From the NCBI RefSeq assembly GCF_003367075.2, contig NZ_CP065936.1:1530001-1562000 (forward strand): 32,000 nt of DNA. Reading direction: 5' to 3'. This DNA is from Cylindrospermopsis raciborskii Cr2010 (GTDB taxonomy: Bacteria; Cyanobacteriota; Cyanobacteriia; Cyanobacteriales; Nostocaceae). The position numbers and the translations under genes were made by a program. Positions within the stretch are counted from its first letter, which is position 1. Each line of letters begins with the position of its first letter. Below, one piece after another: positions 27,065 through 32,000 of this stretch. The notes under the pieces were generated by a model, which saw nothing but the letters and a program-made list of their open reading frames with translations, did no database searches and was not told the origin of the DNA.

Positions 27065-27117
27065 TAAAAAAGATAAGGAAGATTGAGTATCTTTGGCATT
27101 TGCTGATACTCAATCTT
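27065..27117 (-). terminator. Intrinsic-terminator-like hairpin downstream of pdhB
   Basis: Perfect 13-bp stem AAGATTGAGTATC-(13 nt)-GATACTCAATCTT (27079..27117). On the minus strand it is followed by CCTTATCTTTTTTATTAA. Confidence 0.65.
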
Positions 27118-27159
27118 AGCGGTTTATAACCCGAAAATTAAGCCCCGAAAATTAAGCTA

Positions 27160-28143
27160 TTAAACCCGCAAAGCAACCATTTTTTCCACTGCTTCCACCA
27201 CCTGTTCTGGTTGGACAATGGTTAACCTTTCTAAGTTACCGTTGTAAGGTGTGGGAATATCTTGGGAAGAGAGACGCAATACAGGTGCATCCAGTTCATC
27301 AAACAATCTGTCATTGATAGAGGCGGTTAGTTCTGCTCCAATTCCTCCCGTCCTCATACACTCTTCCACCACTATCACCCGGTGAGTTTTGCGAATTGAT
27401 GCACCAATGGTATCAAAGTCAAGAGGCTTCAAAGAAATTAAATCAATAACTTCTGGATCATGTCCCTGTTTCTCCAAAGTTTTCACCGCTTGCATTACAT
27501 GATAGCGCATCCGTGAATATGTGAGAATAGTTACATCTTTTCCTTTACGAACTATCTCCGCTTTATCTAGGGGGAGGATGTATTCTTCCCTAGGCAAATC
27601 CTCTTTCAAGTTGTAAAGCAAAACGTGTTCAAAAAATAACACTGGGTTCTCATCCCGGATTGCGGCTTTTAATAGACCCTTAGCGTTATAGGGTGTGGAG
27701 CAAGCAACAATTTTTAAGCCTGGAACTGCTTGGAAGTAGGCTTCCAGTCTTTGGGAGTGTTCTGCTCCTAATTGTCTACCCACTCCACCTGGACCACGAA
27801 TAACCATGGGGATTTTAAAGTTACCACCGGATGTGTACCGTAACATTCCCGCATTGTTGGAAATTTGGTTGAATGCTAGGAGCAAAAAGCCCATGTTCAT
27901 ACCTTCGATTATAGGTCTTAATCCCGTCATGGCTGCACCTACAGCTAATCCGGTAAAGCTATTTTCAGCGATGGGGGTATCCAAGACTCGCAGATCACCA
28001 TACTTTTTACACAGGTCTTTGGTAACTTTATAGGAACCGCCGTAGTGTCCCACGTCCTCGCCTAGTACAAACACGCTAGGATCGCGGGACATTTCTTCGT
28101 CAATTGCTTCCCGCAGAGCGTTGAAAAATAGTGTTTCTGCCAT
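27160..28143 (-). CDS. pdhB: Pyruvate dehydrogenase E1 component beta subunit
   Basis: Probable start [18 protein letters not shown] at 28143 within ORF ending 28173. Motifs [63 protein letters not shown]-like [12 protein letters not shown]. Confidence 0.95.
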   Translation of the reverse strand: MAETLFFNALREAIDEEMSRDPSVFVLGEDVGHYGGSYKVTKDLCKKYGDLRVLDTPIAENSFTGLAVGAAMTGLRPIIEGMNMGFLLLAFNQISNNAGMLRYTSGGNFKIPMVIRGPGGVGRQLGAEHSQRLEAYFQAVPGLKIVACSTPYNAKGLLKAAIRDENPVLFFEHVLLYNLKEDLPREEYILPLDKAEIVRKGKDVTILTYSRMRYHVMQAVKTLEKQGHDPEVIDLISLKPLDFDTIGASIRKTHRVIVVEECMRTGGIGAELTASINDRLFDELDAPVLRLSSQDIPTPYNGNLERLTIVQPEQVVEAVEKMVALRV

Positions 28144-28261
28144 TAGACCTTTATCAAAATTTATTCCTTTCAAATTCTATCGCGCCTCCGTCTATAATAA
28201 CGTCGGCGATTGCACTATTGATTTGTAATCATGGTCAATCTCCGATTGTATCCTCAATCCA

Positions 28262-29338
28262 TCAATTTGTCAATCGGTCTGAGGTTGGTTGGCGTTCAAT
28301 TGCTAGTTGAATCAATTGGTCAACTAGTTGGGGAAAGCTAATTCCGGTATTTGCCCAAAGTTGGGGATACATGCTTGTGGATGTAAATCCTGGCAAGGTG
28401 TTAATTTCGTTGATTAATATTTCTCCGGTGGACTCCACATAAAAGAAATCTACCCTGGCTAAACCAGCAGCATCAACTGCTGCAAAGGCTTTTAGAGACA
28501 TTTCTTGAATTTGTTCAACTACTGTTTGTGATAGAGGTGCGGGTATTAACAGGTCAGCTTTTCCCTGGGTGTATTTGGTTTCATAATCGTAAAAATCACT
28601 ATTAAAACTGATTTCACCAACCACAGAGGCTTGGGGATGGTCATTACCCAAAACTGCGCATTCTACTTCTCTAGCAACTACTCCAGCTTCAACTATAATT
28701 CGTCTATCATAGGTAGCAGCATTATCTAGAGCCGTTTCTAGTTCTTGACGGGAGCGTACTTTAGCGATACCTACGGATGAACCTAGGTTAGCTGGTTTAA
28801 CAAAGCAAGGATAACCCAATGTGGTCTCAATTTGGTCGCACAGTTTAGGGAACACACAGGGATTTGACCAAATTTGCGCTCTAGTAACGGTTTGGTATTG
28901 GACTTGGGGTAGACCAGCTTGGGCAAAGGCTGTTTTCATAGCAATTTTATCCATTCCCATGGCTGATCCCAAAACTCCAGACCCCACAAAAGGCACTTGC
29001 ATCAAGGTGAGTAATCCCTGAATAGTTCCATCCTCTCCATTGGGTCCGTGCAATATGGGAAACCACAAATCAATTTGGGGAGATTTCTGAGGAAATTGCC
29101 ATAAATAATTGGCTGTGTTGGGGGTATTTTCCTGAGCTGAACCCGATTCTAAGACTTTTCTAGCTATTTCCTCCCCTTGCCATACCCCGTCCTTTTGAAT
29201 GTAAAATGGACATACCTCATATTTTTGGCTATTCTCTCCCGTAGTCAAGGCCTTGGCAATTGCTCCTGCGGAAACTATGGAAACTTCGTGTTCTCCAGAA
29301 CGTCCACCAAATAATAACCCCACCCTCAGTTTTGACAT
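28262..29338 (-). CDS. ddl: D-alanine--D-alanine ligase
   Basis: 358 aa; [90 protein letters not shown]. Confidence 0.96.
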   Translation of the reverse strand: MSKLRVGLLFGGRSGEHEVSIVSAGAIAKALTTGENSQKYEVCPFYIQKDGVWQGEEIARKVLESGSAQENTPNTANYLWQFPQKSPQIDLWFPILHGPNGEDGTIQGLLTLMQVPFVGSGVLGSAMGMDKIAMKTAFAQAGLPQVQYQTVTRAQIWSNPCVFPKLCDQIETTLGYPCFVKPANLGSSVGIAKVRSRQELETALDNAATYDRRIIVEAGVVAREVECAVLGNDHPQASVVGEISFNSDFYDYETKYTQGKADLLIPAPLSQTVVEQIQEMSLKAFAAVDAAGLARVDFFYVESTGEILINEINTLPGFTSTSMYPQLWANTGISFPQLVDQLIQLAIERQPTSDRLTN

Positions 29339-29388
29339 TTTCTTTTCCTCAAGAATCTCTCAAGGTGATAGATTAACATATTGATTTG

Positions 29389-30051
29389 TTAATTTTTTCT
29401 CGCCAGTGTTAATCCATCTGCTATGGGGACTAGACTGAGGGTGATTCTTGAGTCTCGGTGTACTTTTTCATTAAATGCACGAATTTTGCTGGTTTGGTTG
29501 TCTTGTACTTCTGGATCTGCTACTCTTCCTGACCAAAGCACATTGTCTACCGCAATTAATCCACCAGGTCTAATTAATTCTAGCGATCGCTCATAATAAT
29601 TTTCATAGTTCGCCTTGTCTGCATCTATAAAGGCAAAATCAAAGGTTCCTGCTTCCCCTGCTGCTAATAGTTTATCTAGAGTTTCTAATGCTGGAGCCAG
29701 TTGCAGGTCAATTTTATCTGCGACTCCCGCCCTTTGCCAGTATATTCGAGCCATACTAGTGTACTCTTCGCTGATATCACAGGCAATGATTTTGCCATCA
29801 TCAGGTAAAGACAAAGCCACTACCAGGGAACTGTAACCTGTGAATACTCCTATATCCAAGGTCTTTTTTGCTCCTAAGATTTTAATTAGCAGTGCCATAA
29901 ACTGTCCCTGCTCTGGGGAGATCTGCATTATGGACATTGGCAGCTTGGCAGTTTCTTGACGTAATTCGCTGAGAATTTCCACTTCGCGCAGGGAATTTCT
30001 CAGGAGGTAATTATATAAATCCGTTCCTAAACCCAAGGTTTGATTTGTCAT
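29389..30051 (-). CDS. Class I SAM-dependent O-methyltransferase (caffeoyl-CoA OMT-like)
   Basis: 220 aa; AKKTLDIGVFTGYSSLVVALSLPDDGKIIACDIS, FDFAFIDADKANYENYYERSLELIRPGGLIAVDNVLWSGRV, DGLTLARK. Confidence 0.9.
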   Translation of the reverse strand: MTNQTLGLGTDLYNYLLRNSLREVEILSELRQETAKLPMSIMQISPEQGQFMALLIKILGAKKTLDIGVFTGYSSLVVALSLPDDGKIIACDISEEYTSMARIYWQRAGVADKIDLQLAPALETLDKLLAAGEAGTFDFAFIDADKANYENYYERSLELIRPGGLIAVDNVLWSGRVADPEVQDNQTSKIRAFNEKVHRDSRITLSLVPIADGLTLARKN

Positions 30052-30248
30052 GGTATGGTATAAGGGTGATTTTTATCCATTATATCTTCTGCGCACTGGG
30101 AGCAGAGCTGAATATGTTGAGAGATGTTGCGGTCATGCAAAAAGTTGATCTTCGTTCCCAGGTTTAAACTTATAATCTAAAAAATGTTCTTGGAGAGCCA
30201 GGTGTTATTATGTGATATCATCAGCGGTTTGTATTTAAGGGGGTAAAG

Positions 30249-31187
30249 ATGAGTCGTCCAATTATTCTCGGTATTGTCGGTGATAGCGCTGCAGGAAAAA
30301 CTACCCTCACTAGGGGTATAGCCCAGGTGCTAGGACCAGAAAATGTAACTCTCATCTGTACTGATGATTATCACCGGTATGACCGTCAGCAAAGGGCAGA
30401 AACTGGCATTACTGCTCTCCATCCAGACTGTAACCATCTGGACATTATGCAACAACATTTGGCTCTTTTACGCACGGGTCAACCTATTCTCAAACCAGTC
30501 TATAGTCATAAAACGGGAACCTTTGAACCACCTCAATACATTAAACCCAATAAGTTTGTCATTATTGAAGGGTTACTGGGCTATTCTACCCGTGCTGCAC
30601 GTGACGCTTATGATGTCAAAGTCTATCTAGCTCCTCCAGAATCTCTACGAGCTGATTGGAAGATTAAAAGGGATACCCAAAAGCGGGGTTATACCAAAGA
30701 ACAAGTGTTAGCAGAATTAGAAAAGCGGGAACCAGATTCAGAACAGTTTATTCGTCCTCAACGTCAATGGTCTGATATTGTAGTTACCTTCTATCCCCCC
30801 AATGACAATGAAACAGAAAATGGTGGACATCTTAATGTCCGGTTAATCTTGCGCCCTACTATTCCCCATCCTGATTTTACTCAAATTCTTCATCCAGATA
30901 ATGATGACTCAGAATCACCTGTGCGTTTGGGACTGGATAGGGATATGGGTAAACCAGTTGACGTGTTAGAAGTTGATGGACACGCAACTTTAGAACAGGT
31001 TAATAAAATAGAGCATGTTATGTGTAATGATATGCCCCATCTTAGAAATGTGTGCGATCGCGAAATTAATCCTGAACTGGGTAAGATTGCTGGCACAACT
31101 GGGGAAACTTTGCAAAGTTATCCATTGGCAATAACACAATTGATAGTTACCTATCACATGTTGAAGGCGACCCAAGGGCATTCTTAA
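30249..31187 (+). CDS. Phosphoribulokinase/uridine kinase family protein
   Basis: 312 aa; P-loop ILGIVGDSAAGKTTLTRGIAQVLG, CTDDYHRYDRQQRAETGITALHPDCNHLDIM, PVYSHKTGTFEPPQYI, VIIEGLLGYST. Confidence 0.85.
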   Translation: MSRPIILGIVGDSAAGKTTLTRGIAQVLGPENVTLICTDDYHRYDRQQRAETGITALHPDCNHLDIMQQHLALLRTGQPILKPVYSHKTGTFEPPQYIKPNKFVIIEGLLGYSTRAARDAYDVKVYLAPPESLRADWKIKRDTQKRGYTKEQVLAELEKREPDSEQFIRPQRQWSDIVVTFYPPNDNETENGGHLNVRLILRPTIPHPDFTQILHPDNDDSESPVRLGLDRDMGKPVDVLEVDGHATLEQVNKIEHVMCNDMPHLRNVCDREINPELGKIAGTTGETLQSYPLAITQLIVTYHMLKATQGHS

Positions 31188-31977
31188 AGGAAGGAGCGAG
31201 GGTGTGATGAGACAAAAAGCCATACCAATCATCTAAGCCTGCACCAGTGGTAGCAGAAACTTGATAAACCCGAATGTGGGGATTAACCTTTTTCGCATAG
31301 TCAATACATTTTTCCACATCAAACTGTAAATAGGGCAATAAATCTATTTTAGTCAGGATCATAACATCACTGAGACGAAAGATGTGGGGGTATTTCATGG
31401 GTTTATCTTCCCCTTCTGTAACTGAGAGAATGACAACCTTAGTCTGCTCCCCCAGGTCAAATAATGCGGGACAGACTAAATTGCCCACATTCTCTATCAT
31501 CAATACAGAATCCAAGGGAGGTTGAAGTTCCTGTATTCCCCTTTCTATCATAGCTGCATCTAAATGACAACCTGTACCCGTATTTATTTGTATTACCTTG
31601 CAACCTGTGGATTGGATTTTTTGTGCATCGTTAGTGGTTTCCTGATCTCCTTCGATTACACTAATATTTAACTTGTGTTTTAAGTCATTAATTGTGCGAG
31701 TTAACAGAGTGGTTTTACCTGCACCTGGAGAACTCATCAGGTTGAGAGCTAGGATATTTCGCCCTTTAAACCACCCTCTATTTTGAGCAGCTATTAAATT
31801 ATTTTTGCCTAGAATTTCCTGTTCTAGTGATATGGTTGTGTGGTGAATTTTAGCATGAATATTTGCTGGAGATTGGTCATGTTGGTGATGATGTTCATGA
31901 ATATGGGAATGGCTAATTAGGGTTCCATCAGCTAGGGTATGGGTATGATAGTCCCAATTTACAGGAGGGGTATTCAT
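31147..31977 (-). CDS. hypB: Hydrogenase nickel incorporation protein HypB
   Basis: 276 aa; His-rich N-terminus HTHTLADGTLISHSHIHEHHHQHD; LNLMSSPGAGKTTLLTRTI, VIEGDQETTNDAQKI, GTGCHLDAAMI, LMIENVGNLVCPALFDLGE, ILTKIDLLPYL. Confidence 0.95.
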   Translation of the reverse strand: MNTPPVNWDYHTHTLADGTLISHSHIHEHHHQHDQSPANIHAKIHHTTISLEQEILGKNNLIAAQNRGWFKGRNILALNLMSSPGAGKTTLLTRTINDLKHKLNISVIEGDQETTNDAQKIQSTGCKVIQINTGTGCHLDAAMIERGIQELQPPLDSVLMIENVGNLVCPALFDLGEQTKVVILSVTEGEDKPMKYPHIFRLSDVMILTKIDLLPYLQFDVEKCIDYAKKVNPHIRVYQVSATTGAGLDDWYGFLSHHTLAPSFKNALGSPSTCDR

Positions 31978-32000
31978 ATTAGTAATTCTGGCTTCTTGAT
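31974..32000 (-). CDS. Possible 3' end of the upstream gene (hypA candidate)
   Basis: Minus-strand frame ...IKKPELLI* is open to the window edge and its TGA overlaps the hypB ATG (ATGA). Identity is inferred only from typical hyp gene order. Confidence 0.3.
   Translation of the reverse strand: MKKPELLI

Noticed and set aside
1-32000. tRNA/rRNA genes, CRISPR arrays, prophage, toxin-antitoxin or defence cassettes
   Set aside because: None was recognised by eye. A tRNAscan-SE/Infernal and DefenseFinder run would be needed to exclude small RNAs or cryptic systems formally.

Overview
This window comes from a cyanobacterial chromosome, probably a heterocystous/Nostocales type (inferred from gene content, gene order and dense HIP1 GCGATCGC sites). 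Most of it is ordinary central-metabolism DNA: the nifJ 3' end, a DHOD-like protein, pfkA, a CBS/PAS hybrid histidine kinase, ppsA, an orphan CheR-PAS protein, opcA-zwf-fbp, chlI, pdhA, glk, a GT2 glycosyltransferase, DAHP synthase, two small putative membrane proteins, secF-secD, pdhB, ddl, an O-methyltransferase, a phosphoribulokinase-like kinase and hypB. The clearest non-routine feature is a complete 2200-bp IS1634/DUF4277-type insertion sequence at 16708..18907. It has 17-bp perfect terminal inverted repeats and a 6-bp ATATAA target duplication, and it splits a small RDD-family membrane protein gene. Removing the IS and one target copy restores a 127-aa ORF exactly. Other observations include a two-copy dispersed palindromic repeat whose core is flipped relative to its flanks (8236..8323 and 24058..24124), two cryptic or decayed coding-like relics in intergenic gaps (10442..10641 and 13664..13801), no tal gene between fbp and zwf, and a tiny two-gene operon of unassigned membrane proteins. 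I found no convincing evidence for a novel defence, mobile or biosynthetic system.
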